DNA of 64,000 nucleotides from Bdellovibrionales bacterium. GTDB lineage: Bacteria > Bdellovibrionota > Bdellovibrionia > Bdellovibrionales > UBA1609. Below are positions 9,659 to 17,853 of this stretch, one piece after another (the stretch's first letter is position 1; each line of letters starts with the position of its first letter). The position numbers were made by a program, and so were the translations under genes. The stretch is taken from the NCBI GenBank assembly GCA_965219095.1, contig OZ244719.1, positions 610,142-674,141 on the forward strand, in the 5' to 3' direction. Below the pieces are notes generated by a model. The model saw nothing but the letters and a program-made list of their open reading frames with translations, ran no database searches and was not told the origin of the DNA.

Positions 9659-10611
9659 GACATCTTGTTATTGCAGACTATGGAACATTTTTAGGATTAG
9701 ATAATCAACGCCTTGCTATTCGGCAAAAGGAAGAAGTTCAATATTATCCTCTGAACCGTCTTTGCACTATATCCGTTGCTAAAAATGGGATCAGTTTTTC
9801 TAGTGATTTAGTGGAATCGTTAAGTGCACGAGGAATTAAATTGTTTTTTCTTGATTTTCGTGGTGTTCCTCACTCAGCAATTTTAGGACAATCTCAACAT
9901 GGCGTTGTTGCAGTAAGGATGGCACAAGTGGCTTTTTGCCAGAGCGATACAATGACGCTTTCTAGAAAAATTATTTCTGCAAAAATTAAAAATCAACGTG
10001 CAGTACTAAACTACTTAGATAAGTACCACAGAAATACATTATTGAAGTCTGCATCTGAGGAACTATTACGAAACTCAACTGAAGCCCAACGTGCTAAAAA
10101 TATTGAAACTTTATTAGGCTTAGAGGGAGCTAGTGCTAATGCTTATTTTCAAAGCTTACGACAAGCTCAGTTGTTCTCATCTTCTTTTAAAAAACGTGAG
10201 GGAAGGGGGAGTCAGGAAATCAATAATTCAATGCTTAACTTAGGTTATGCGATATTAAGTAGCTATGTTCTTAATGCGATCGTTAATGCCGGGTTAGAAC
10301 CTTATCTTGGTATTATACACACCATTAGACCTGGCAAAATGGCATTGGTATTGGATATAATGGAGGAATACCGAGCATGGGTTGTTGATCGTATTGTAAT
10401 CAAATTGCGTTCACAGAGTAAAGGAATGACAGTTCTGAGTACAGATCTAAAAAAAGTACTAATTAAGGAAATACAAAATACATGTGCTAAAAGATACCTT
10501 TACAAACAAAAGAAGCATAAATTAGAGCATATTATTCAAAGACAAGTGTATCGATTATGTGGTCACTTTTATGGTGAAAAAAGTTATAAACCTTATCTAT
10601 TTAAGTGGTGA
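9655..10611 (+). CDS. cas1: CRISPR integrase Cas1
   Basis: LLGLEG..A..YF, NSMLNLGY, GIIH, LVLDIMEEYR motifs; overlaps the cas9 stop (ATGA). Confidence 0.97.
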   Translation: MRHLVIADYGTFLGLDNQRLAIRQKEEVQYYPLNRLCTISVAKNGISFSSDLVESLSARGIKLFFLDFRGVPHSAILGQSQHGVVAVRMAQVAFCQSDTMTLSRKIISAKIKNQRAVLNYLDKYHRNTLLKSASEELLRNSTEAQRAKNIETLLGLEGASANAYFQSLRQAQLFSSSFKKREGRGSQEINNSMLNLGYAILSSYVLNAIVNAGLEPYLGIIHTIRPGKMALVLDIMEEYRAWVVDRIVIKLRSQSKGMTVLSTDLKKVLIKEIQNTCAKRYLYKQKKHKLEHIIQRQVYRLCGHFYGEKSYKPYLFKW

Positions 10612-10620
10612 TATATATAA

Positions 10621-10923
10621 ATGAAAAGCTATCTGTTACGACAAGAATATCTGGTCAGTTACGATATACAAGACAACAAGATACGCCATCGTATCTTTAA
10701 AGAATTAAATAGATATGGTCTCACATCAGTTCAAAAGTCTGTTTTTTGGGGTTATTTAACTTTTGCAGAACTAGAAGCAGTAAGACGTCATTTAGAGTAT
10801 AACCTTAGGAGGACAGATAAGGCTTTTATAACACATACTAACTTCAATGGTCGAGGGCGTAGTTATTTTGTAGGTCATGAGAAAAATGATTTTGAAGATT
10901 GGGAAGAAACCTATGTCATCTAA
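10621..10923 (+). CDS. cas2: Cas2
   Basis: YLVSYDIQDNKIR...VQKSVF. Confidence 0.97.
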   Translation: MKSYLLRQEYLVSYDIQDNKIRHRIFKELNRYGLTSVQKSVFWGYLTFAELEAVRRHLEYNLRRTDKAFITHTNFNGRGRSYFVGHEKNDFEDWEETYVI

Positions 10924-11494
10924 AATGGAAGTTCCGGTAAACTTAATACGTCAATGGTGTTATTGCCCTAGAAAAGTTTATTACTTTGAATTGACAGATT
11001 TTAAAGTAGAACATCCATCTTGGATAAAACAGGGGAGAAAATTTCACAAGCTAGAAGAGAAGTTGTGGCGACGCCGGAATGTTTCTAGGTTTAATTTAAA
11101 AAATGGCCATACTTATCACAATTTAATGATGAGAGATAGCGACAAGGGACTCCATGGTATTGTTGATATGGCAATTGAAACTGAGGCAGCAGTTTACGCT
11201 GTCGAGTTTAAAATTTCAGCAAGGATTAGAAAAAGAGGTGACATCTTACAATTGACAGCTTATTCTATGCTATTAGAAAAACACTTTAATAAACCAAGTT
11301 CAGTTGGATTTCTTTTAGGCAAGGGGAGGGTTTTACACACAATTGATATTGACGAAGATAAACGTAAAGAAGTGATGGAAGTAGTAGATAAAATAAGACA
11401 GATACTGCAGAGAGGATTAAAACCAGAATCCAGCGCTAGCGTAGCTCAATGTTGTTCCTGTGAGTACTTCAATTTTTGTAATGACCGCCTGTAA
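10913..11494 (+). CDS. cas4: Cas4 (RecB-like nuclease with 4Fe-4S cysteines); longest ORF begins at 10877
   Basis: YCPR, GIVD, EFK, QLTAY, CxxCxYxxxC. Confidence 0.95.
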   Translation: MSSKMEVPVNLIRQWCYCPRKVYYFELTDFKVEHPSWIKQGRKFHKLEEKLWRRRNVSRFNLKNGHTYHNLMMRDSDKGLHGIVDMAIETEAAVYAVEFKISARIRKRGDILQLTAYSMLLEKHFNKPSSVGFLLGKGRVLHTIDIDEDKRKEVMEVVDKIRQILQRGLKPESSASVAQCCSCEYFNFCNDRL

Positions 11495-11548
11495 TAAGAA
11501 ACATCCTCCTCAGTAGGAGTCAAGAGGCTGTTAAGAGACCAACTTACT
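11495..11548. repeat. Dispersed ~52-bp element, copy B, directly after the cas4 stop
   Basis: taagaaacatcctcctcagtaggagtcaagaggctgttaagagaccaacttact. Confidence 0.75.
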
Positions 11549-11578
11549 AAAGGTCAAGATTAGGGAGAGATTTTAGAC

Positions 11579-11610
11579 ACAAAAAAACCGCTTTCAAGCG
11601 GTTTTTTTGT
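11579..11610. terminator. Bidirectional intrinsic terminator (cas operon on +, tracrRNA on -)
   Basis: acaaaaaaaccgct-ttca-agcggtttttttgt, perfect 14-bp arms with T-runs on both strands. Confidence 0.9.
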
Positions 11611-11705
11611 TTAAAATGAAAGCAGACGTGATAAAGATATCAGAGGTCCGTTCAAAATGCTTTTAGATGATTACAGTGCATTAGTAATCTGCTATACTTA
11701 TGGTG
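11579..11705 (-). ncRNA. tracrRNA (type II-B); 5' end uncertain, could extend to about 11730
   Basis: Minus strand cataagtatagcagattactaatgcactgtaatc (anti-repeat, 11669-11702) then atctaaaagcattttgaacggacctctg...cacgtctg, matching the recalled F. novicida tracrRNA core; ends at a terminator. Confidence 0.92.
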
Positions 11706-11712
11706 ATGTTAT

Positions 11713-11774
11713 CACAAAAAACTTCTTTCGCAAAATATTATATTTCGGTGCAAAGACTTCGTTTGCGAAAGAAG
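11713..11774 (-). terminator. Probable terminator of minus-strand CRISPR transcripts
   Basis: 13-bp arms cttctttcgcaaa (11722-11734) / tttgcgaaagaag (11762-11774), followed on minus by T6. Confidence 0.6.
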
Positions 11775-11823
11775 AGACGCCTTTTTTTCTCTAATTACCA
11801 GAAATATAAGAGAAATTTAGGGT

Positions 11824-13463
11824 GTTTCATTAGTATAACAAATTACTTAGCAACTGAAACCAATCTTCTAAGTACAGGGTACACAGACACAAAACACTGA
11901 GTCAGGTTTCATTAGTATAACAAATTACTTAGCAACTGAAACTATCTTCTAAGCTTTATACAGTATATTTACATAGACTCAGTTTCATTAGTATAACAAA
12001 TTACTTAGCAACTGAAACGTCCTAATTAGCCCTTTTTGTAGTCTTGGTTTCTTTTACAGAGTTTCATTAGTATAACAAATTACTTAGCAACTGAAACTCT
12101 TCGTCAGGAAAACCAAGACAGGCATCACCTAGTTTCATTAGTATAACAAATTACTTAGCAACTGAAACTAATCACGCTCACGTGTTTGAGGGAGATTTTA
12201 AGTTTCATTAGTATAACAAATTACTTAGCAACTGAAACTCCCAGCCTTTAGACGTGTTAGGGAAGTCAGCTTCGTTTCATTAGTATAACAAATTACTTAG
12301 CAACTGAAACATCGTAGCTTCCCCTTTGCCAGGCTTTAAAATTTGGTTTCATTAGTATAACAAATTACTTAGCAACTGAAACAGATAACTTGGTCAGAAC
12401 TGGAAGACATGGTAGAGTTTCATTAGTATAACAAATTACTTAGCAACTGAAACCTTAATTGTTCTCATATTTACTCTTCTCTTTCTTTGTTTCATTAGTA
12501 TAACAAATTACTTAGCAACTGAAACTCTTCAGCGGGAAAACCAAGACAGGCATCACCTAGTTTCATTAGTATAACAAATTACTTAGCAACTGAAACCTAA
12601 TTGTGTAAAATAAATCGTTCCTATTACAGGAGTTTCATTAGTATAACAAATTACTTAGCAACTGAAACAGTAAAGTTCGAAGACGATAAGAAAGGAGTAA
12701 TAAGTTTCATTAGTATAACAAATTACTTAGCAACTGAAACGTGTAACAGTCTTTGCAATTTTCAGTCGAGTTACGTTTCATTAGTATAACAAATTACTTA
12801 GCAACTGAAACCAGCACTTACTAGTAACCAGCACTGACTACATATAAGTTTCATTAGTATAACAAATTACTTAGCAACTGAAACCACATCGTTATGTTCA
12901 AATTTTTTGTTTGTTATTGGTTTCATTAGTATAACAAATTACTTAGCAACTGAAACATGTCCAAAGGACGGGGCATTTTACTAACTTTGCAGTTTCATTA
13001 GTATAACAAATTACTTAGCAACTGAAACGCCAAGTTCTAAAATTGTTGGCTTAACAAATTTAGAGTTTCATTAGTATAACAAATTACTTAGCAACTGAAA
13101 CATGTCCAAAGGACGGGGCATTTTACTAACTTTGCAGTTTCATTAGTATAACAAATTACTTAGCAACTGAAACGCCAAGTTCTAAAATTGTTGGCTTAAC
13201 AAATTTAGAGTTTCATTAGTATAACAAATTACTTAGCAACTGAAACATGTCCAAAGGACGGGGCATTTTACTAACTTTGCAGTTTCATTAGTATAACAAA
13301 TTACTTAGCAACTGAAACGCCAAGTTCTAAAATTGTTGGCTTAACAAATTTAGAGTTTCATTAGTATAACAAATTACTTAGCAACTGAAACCTATAAACT
13401 TCATCTTGAATTTTTTTATTCATATTGTTTCATCAGTACAACAAATTACTTAGCAAGTAAAGT
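11824..13463 (-). CRISPR. CRISPR array: 22 identical 37-bp repeats, 1 degenerate terminal repeat (13427-13463), 22 spacers of 33-45 bp; crRNA sense is the minus strand
   Basis: Plus-strand repeat gtttcattagtataacaaattacttagcaactgaaac; its reverse complement GTTTCAGTTGCT.. resembles the Francisella repeat and pairs with the tracr anti-repeat. Confidence 0.98.
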
Positions 13464-13730
13464 GTACTAACGGTTAAATTGTCAAAGAACACACCCTTCA
13501 TTTGAAGAGTCTATAGTATTTTGTACTTTAGCATTGATTTTTTCTTGTTTCAAATAGTTTTTAGTATTTTTTATCATATTTTCTGAGGCAAATTTTTCAT
13601 TTATTCTGTATTCTTTCTCTTCAAAAATTGAGCTTATGAAAATTTCAGAAAATTGGTGTTAGGAATCCGTCTTTTTTCGCATTTCGTGCTAAATCTAATG
13701 AAGTGTGCATTTATCCCTCAAAATAACTGC

Positions 13731-13791
13731 AACTCGATCATTACCGCTCTATACAAAATCGTCCTTTGTATAGAGCGGTAATGGTCGAGTT
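13731..13791. repeat. Long inverted repeat (27-bp arms, one G-T pair, 7-nt loop)
   Basis: aactcgatcattaccgctctatacaaa-atcgtcc-tttgtatagagcggtaatggtcgagtt. Confidence 0.9.
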
Positions 13792-13983
13792 ACCAATAAC
13801 CTCTAAATTTTCTAAGTGAGAAAAACATATTTATGATGAACAAACTCTACTTTTAGTTGCTTTTGGAGCAATATGTTAATTTTTTAGATGGGCAGAAGAT
13901 AAGTTTGACAAAATTGGTAAAAAGTAATAACTTTACTTGAGAAAAATATAGAGTAAAAGATCATAAATAATAAGGGGGATATT

Positions 13984-14916
13984 ATGATAAGAACTGTTTT
14001 TATAATGGTTGTGGTTTTAGCCTTATCTTTTCAGAAAGATGTTTTTGCTTCTGCCATTCTAAGTCAAGATAGTGTAAATCAAGACAGCATAAAAAAAATT
14101 ACGGAGTACTTGGCAAATTACAAGTCTGAGTACTGGGAATTCTCTTCGCAAGCCGAATCTCTTATCCCTATTCGACCACCACAGGTTGTTATAGGTTCTC
14201 CTATTGATCCAAACCATTACTTTGCTAAAAATTCTGTTTTGATCATTTCGGTTAGGGAGGAAGGGACGGGTATTTGTTCTGGGTCTATTCTTACAAAACA
14301 TTTCATACTTACGGCAGCCCATTGTCTTGAATCTGTTAACGAAGCTTATATTTTTACAAACAATCTTATTTCTAGGAAAGATATTATCAAGGAGATCAAA
14401 AAAGGAATAGATGGAAAGTTTTTTAAGGTTACAAAAAACTCCTTTGAAATTAGTCCATGTTATCATCCCAGTAATAATCTTGCATGTGATATTGCAATGA
14501 TTTTTGTTCCTGCAGCTTTAAATAAACATGATGCACAAGTCACTTCTGTAAAGCTTGCTAGTTCTGGGTCTGGGCCTTATATTTTGACTGGTTATGGGAC
14601 GCCACCGACAACAAACAGGCCGTCTAGCGATGAGAATGAGGCATGGGTATTAATATTAAGAGGAGTAGAAGTTTCCCTCTTTTATAAGGACCATGCTATT
14701 ATTTATACCCATAGAAGAAGATTTGTTAGGTACGTTGGTGTTGTAAAAGGTGACTCAGGGGGCCCCATGTACGAAACAAGGGATGGCAGTTATGTGCAAG
14801 TAGGAGTCAATGTTGCTATGTCTACTCAGCATAGTATTTCAGTAAGAGTCGATAGACATCTATCTTGGATGCAAAGCACTATAGAGAGTCGCATGGTACC
14901 CCTAGCGTTGGATTAA
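13984..14916 (+). CDS. Secreted trypsin-like (S1) serine protease
   Basis: Signal peptide; CSGS, TAAHC, DIA, GDSGGP catalytic-triad motifs. Confidence 0.9.
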   Translation: MIRTVFIMVVVLALSFQKDVFASAILSQDSVNQDSIKKITEYLANYKSEYWEFSSQAESLIPIRPPQVVIGSPIDPNHYFAKNSVLIISVREEGTGICSGSILTKHFILTAAHCLESVNEAYIFTNNLISRKDIIKEIKKGIDGKFFKVTKNSFEISPCYHPSNNLACDIAMIFVPAALNKHDAQVTSVKLASSGSGPYILTGYGTPPTTNRPSSDENEAWVLILRGVEVSLFYKDHAIIYTHRRRFVRYVGVVKGDSGGPMYETRDGSYVQVGVNVAMSTQHSISVRVDRHLSWMQSTIESRMVPLALD

Positions 14917-14960
14917 GTTTCAGTTGCTAGCTAGAGGGGTATTTGTTATGTTAATAAATC
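14917..14960 (+). repeat. Orphan degenerate CRISPR repeat in crRNA sense, abutting the protease stop codon
   Basis: gtttcagttgcta (13/13 to the repeat 5' end) + gctagaggggt (replaces agta) + atttgttatgttaataaatc (16/20 to the repeat 3' end). Confidence 0.7.
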
Positions 14961-15445
14961 TGGTGGTTCCTTTTTGGTTCTTTCGTTAGGGCAGTCAGTA
15001 TGGTTTTTCATTCCTTATATATAAAGGCAAATAAAAAAGAAAGAGTTTTTTCATACCTTCCTCTAAATTGTGAAAGTCTCATTTTGGCTAAGTCCCAAAA
15101 ACTTTTAACTCCATTGATATGGTTTTTAACTGTTTTTTCAGCCTTCGAGAATTCATTTTTTCCGTGTGAACTTGATAATGCTTTTTAAAACTCATATTAA
15201 GCCCGTCATAGGCTTTAAAGACATCTGTAAAGAAATTTTCTTAAAGTCAGTTGAAAAAAAAGTTTTTTATATCACAATAAAGGGTGATATGTTTTTAAAA
15301 AATATAGAAAAAGACAGACGATTCCCAAAGCTATTCAGACATCTATTCAAGCGACTTTCAAAGGAATTCAAGAACTGACAAAAGCTCAAAAAGAGACAGT
15401 GGTTGTAGAAGTGAAGATCGCATTAAGCTCTAATATAATGGAAAT

Positions 15446-16807
15446 CTAAGGCTTCAGGTAAGGGGACCATTTAGGAGTTTCATAATGGTGACGATCAAAA
15501 GTGATTCTTCTTACATACCCACCATCTGATGACATAAGATAAAGTTGTTTGTTTGTTGTATGCCGATCGCTGGCAAACACAATGAAACGACCATCAGGAG
15601 AAAAAGAAGGTGATGCATGATGAGCTGCTCTTCCGTTTTTCTTTACATAGCTTGTTAGTTTCTTAATTTGCTTTGTAGCCAGAGCTAAAGAATAAATGTC
15701 ATAATGAGCTTTTTGGTAGCTAGCAAACACAATGGTTTTGCCGTCAGGAGACCATACAGGATTAGAATTGTAACGACCAGCAAAAGTTAGTCTTTCGACT
15801 CTTCTTCTAGCTAAAATATCGGCCATATAAATCATAGGTTTTCCTCCTCTATTGGAAGAAAAAACCAAATGTCTTCCATCAGAGGAAATGTCTGGCTCTA
15901 AATTCAAAGTATGAGAAGGTCTTGTGATGATGGGGTTGAGGGTTCGAGTTCTTAAGTTCATTCTGTAAATATGAGCTCCTCCTCTTTTCGAGAGTGTGTA
16001 GTAAATGTACTTTCCTGTGGGATCAAAAACGGCTCCTGAATTCATACCTTTATGATGGGAGATTAATTTTGTTTGTTTTGTTTTTAAATCTAATAAAAAA
16101 AGATCAGGATTAAAAACTCCAGCTCTTTTATGTTTCACGTAAGCTGTAAAAGCAATTTTATCTCCCTTTGGAGACCAAGCAGGAGACAAGGAAAGAGATC
16201 TAAATTTTGTACTTGTAGCTTTTTCAAGGTTCTCTCCGTTCCAGTCCAAGGTATAAATTCCTTTTTTTCCTCTTACTTTCACTGTAGCAACTATTTTTGT
16301 AGAAAAAATACTTTTCTTTCCTGTGAGAGCTTTAATAAGATCATCACAAAAACGATCTGCTATTTTTTTAAAATGAGTTTGTTTGACTTTGTAGATTCTT
16401 CCTAAGGCTAATTTTCCAGAGCTTACATAATAAGCATAAATTTCTAATTGTAATTGATCGCCCCTTGTTCTATAAGTTCCTCTGATAAGTAGATGTGCTT
16501 TAAGCACACGCCAGCTCTCAAAATCAAAACCACGTCTATCTTCCGATAAAGGTCTAGGACTGACTTTTCTTACATCTTCTATAAAACTTTTAGGATCAAT
16601 CAAACGAAAGAACCCTGAAATATAAAGATGGCTCCTGATTATTTTGTAAACCTTTTCTCCGTAATGACTTCTTCTTCCTTGATTGTTGAACTTAGGTAAG
16701 GCCAAAGAGGCCTGGCCTTTTTTAGCATGGCCTACATTAATAGATATTTTTTCACAAACAGCCTGAAACGAAAAACAAAAGAAGAATAAAAACGCAATAT
16801 ATTTTAT
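15446..16807 (-). CDS. tolB: TolB beta-propeller protein; N-terminus extended to a putative ATA start
   Basis: PD40 repeats (SPAWSPKG, PVWSPDG, PSFSPDG); in-frame signal peptide upstream of the TTG at 16705; last gene of tolQRA. Confidence 0.9.
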   Translation of the reverse strand: MKYIAFLFFFCFSFQAVCEKISINVGHAKKGQASLALPKFNNQGRRSHYGEKVYKIIRSHLYISGFFRLIDPKSFIEDVRKVSPRPLSEDRRGFDFESWRVLKAHLLIRGTYRTRGDQLQLEIYAYYVSSGKLALGRIYKVKQTHFKKIADRFCDDLIKALTGKKSIFSTKIVATVKVRGKKGIYTLDWNGENLEKATSTKFRSLSLSPAWSPKGDKIAFTAYVKHKRAGVFNPDLFLLDLKTKQTKLISHHKGMNSGAVFDPTGKYIYYTLSKRGGAHIYRMNLRTRTLNPIITRPSHTLNLEPDISSDGRHLVFSSNRGGKPMIYMADILARRRVERLTFAGRYNSNPVWSPDGKTIVFASYQKAHYDIYSLALATKQIKKLTSYVKKNGRAAHHASPSFSPDGRFIVFASDRHTTNKQLYLMSSDGGYVRRITFDRHHYETPKWSPYLKP

Positions 16808-16810
16808 GAC

Positions 16811-17449
16811 TTACTCCGGAAACTTTAAAATAAAATTAATCTTATAAAACAATTTTTTAAGTCTATCGGGAGGGCTAGGTAAGGGTTCAGCCTTGATCAC
16901 GGCCTCTAGAGCTTGTTGATCAAATAACTCATTTCCCGACCCTTTTATAAATGATTTTGTAATGATTTTCCCCTCATCGTCAAGGGTTACTTCAATCGCA
17001 GCACTAAGATTCGTTAAATCAAGCCATTGGGGTGTAATAAAGTGCTTTCTTACAGACTCTCCCACCTTTTCATAGTATCTTTCCATAGAAAGACGATTAA
17101 GTCCTTCTAAGCCTTGTCCTTTGGCAAGGAAATTCCCCTTAAACATCGTTCTTGTCTCTTTTGGGGGGGTTTCGCTTCCTTGATCTTTCTTTTTGACCTT
17201 CTTTGGGTTCTGCTTTTGTTTCAAAACAAGAGCTTTGTTATCTTTTTTCTTTTGAGGAGGTCTTTTCTTTTTTACTTTTTTTGAGGTTCTTTCTATTTTT
17301 TTTATCTTATCAGGGAGATCAATAACATCTACTCTTAAAGAGGGAGGGATGTTTTTACGAAAAGAGAAGTCCCAACTCAATAACACAAGAACAGCTAAGT
17401 GAACTCCTAAGGAGACTTTCAACCAATATGGGAAATTTTTATCTTTCAC
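16811..17449 (-). CDS. tolA: TolA/TonB-family energy transducer
   Basis: N-terminal TM SLGVH, Lys-rich linker, TonB_2 C-terminus (GSGNELFDQQALEAV); lies between tolR and tolB. Confidence 0.8.
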   Translation of the reverse strand: MKDKNFPYWLKVSLGVHLAVLVLLSWDFSFRKNIPPSLRVDVIDLPDKIKKIERTSKKVKKKRPPQKKKDNKALVLKQKQNPKKVKKKDQGSETPPKETRTMFKGNFLAKGQGLEGLNRLSMERYYEKVGESVRKHFITPQWLDLTNLSAAIEVTLDDEGKIITKSFIKGSGNELFDQQALEAVIKAEPLPSPPDRLKKLFYKINFILKFPE

Positions 17450-17853
17450 TTTACAGTTGTTATAAGACCTATATTATAAAGTCCAGCTGATTTGACTTGT
17501 GCCATAACTTGTGTCACAAGGCCATAAGACACTCTTCTGTCAGCTTGAATGTAAATGCTTTTATCTTTTCTTGCTTTTGTAAGAGCTTTTATCTTAACAG
17601 GTAGTTGCTTCATAGAAAAACGTAAACCAGATAAATACAAAGCTCCATTCCTCTTGATGGTTAAGATAAGAGGTTTTTCAGGAATGGCAAGACCCGAGGC
17701 TTTAGTTTTGGGGAGTTGGACTTTAAGACCTTGATGACTTAGAGGTGCGGTTAACATAAAGATGACTAAAAGCACTAAAACGACATCGACAAAAGGTGTA
17801 ACATTAATTTCATTTAAGGGTTTTCTGCCCTTAACAAATTTCATGAGGACCAC
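17446..17853 (-). CDS. tolR: TolR/ExbD
   Basis: EINVTPFVDVVLVLLVIFM, QADRRVSYG. Confidence 0.9.
   Translation of the reverse strand: MVLMKFVKGRKPLNEINVTPFVDVVLVLLVIFMLTAPLSHQGLKVQLPKTKASGLAIPEKPLILTIKRNGALYLSGLRFSMKQLPVKIKALTKARKDKSIYIQADRRVSYGLVTQVMAQVKSAGLYNIGLITTVK

Noticed and set aside
11700..12789. ORFs 11700-11900 and 12601-12789
   Set aside because: Read-through of the CRISPR leader and repeats (FISITNYLATET recurs).
11861..13426. Self-targeting spacers within the window
   Set aside because: No match seen by eye; an exhaustive search was not possible.
13427..13490. Degenerate terminal repeat as a scaRNA or second tracrRNA
   Set aside because: It sits at normal spacer distance and in array orientation; the Cas9-contacting 5' GTTTCAG is the decayed part; no tracr scaffold follows. 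The nearby minus-strand TTGACA lacks a properly spaced -10.
13984..14916. Protease as a CRISPR effector (Craspase/CalpL-like)
   Set aside because: It has a signal peptide and no CARF/SAVED/CHAT domain; secreted trypsins are common in such genomes. Only the RNA-level link is retained.
14961..15445. pal gene or coding sequence after tolB (ORFs 15000-15188, 15166-15378)
   Set aside because: No OmpA-like motif; looks like non-coding or IS-end debris and cannot be assigned.
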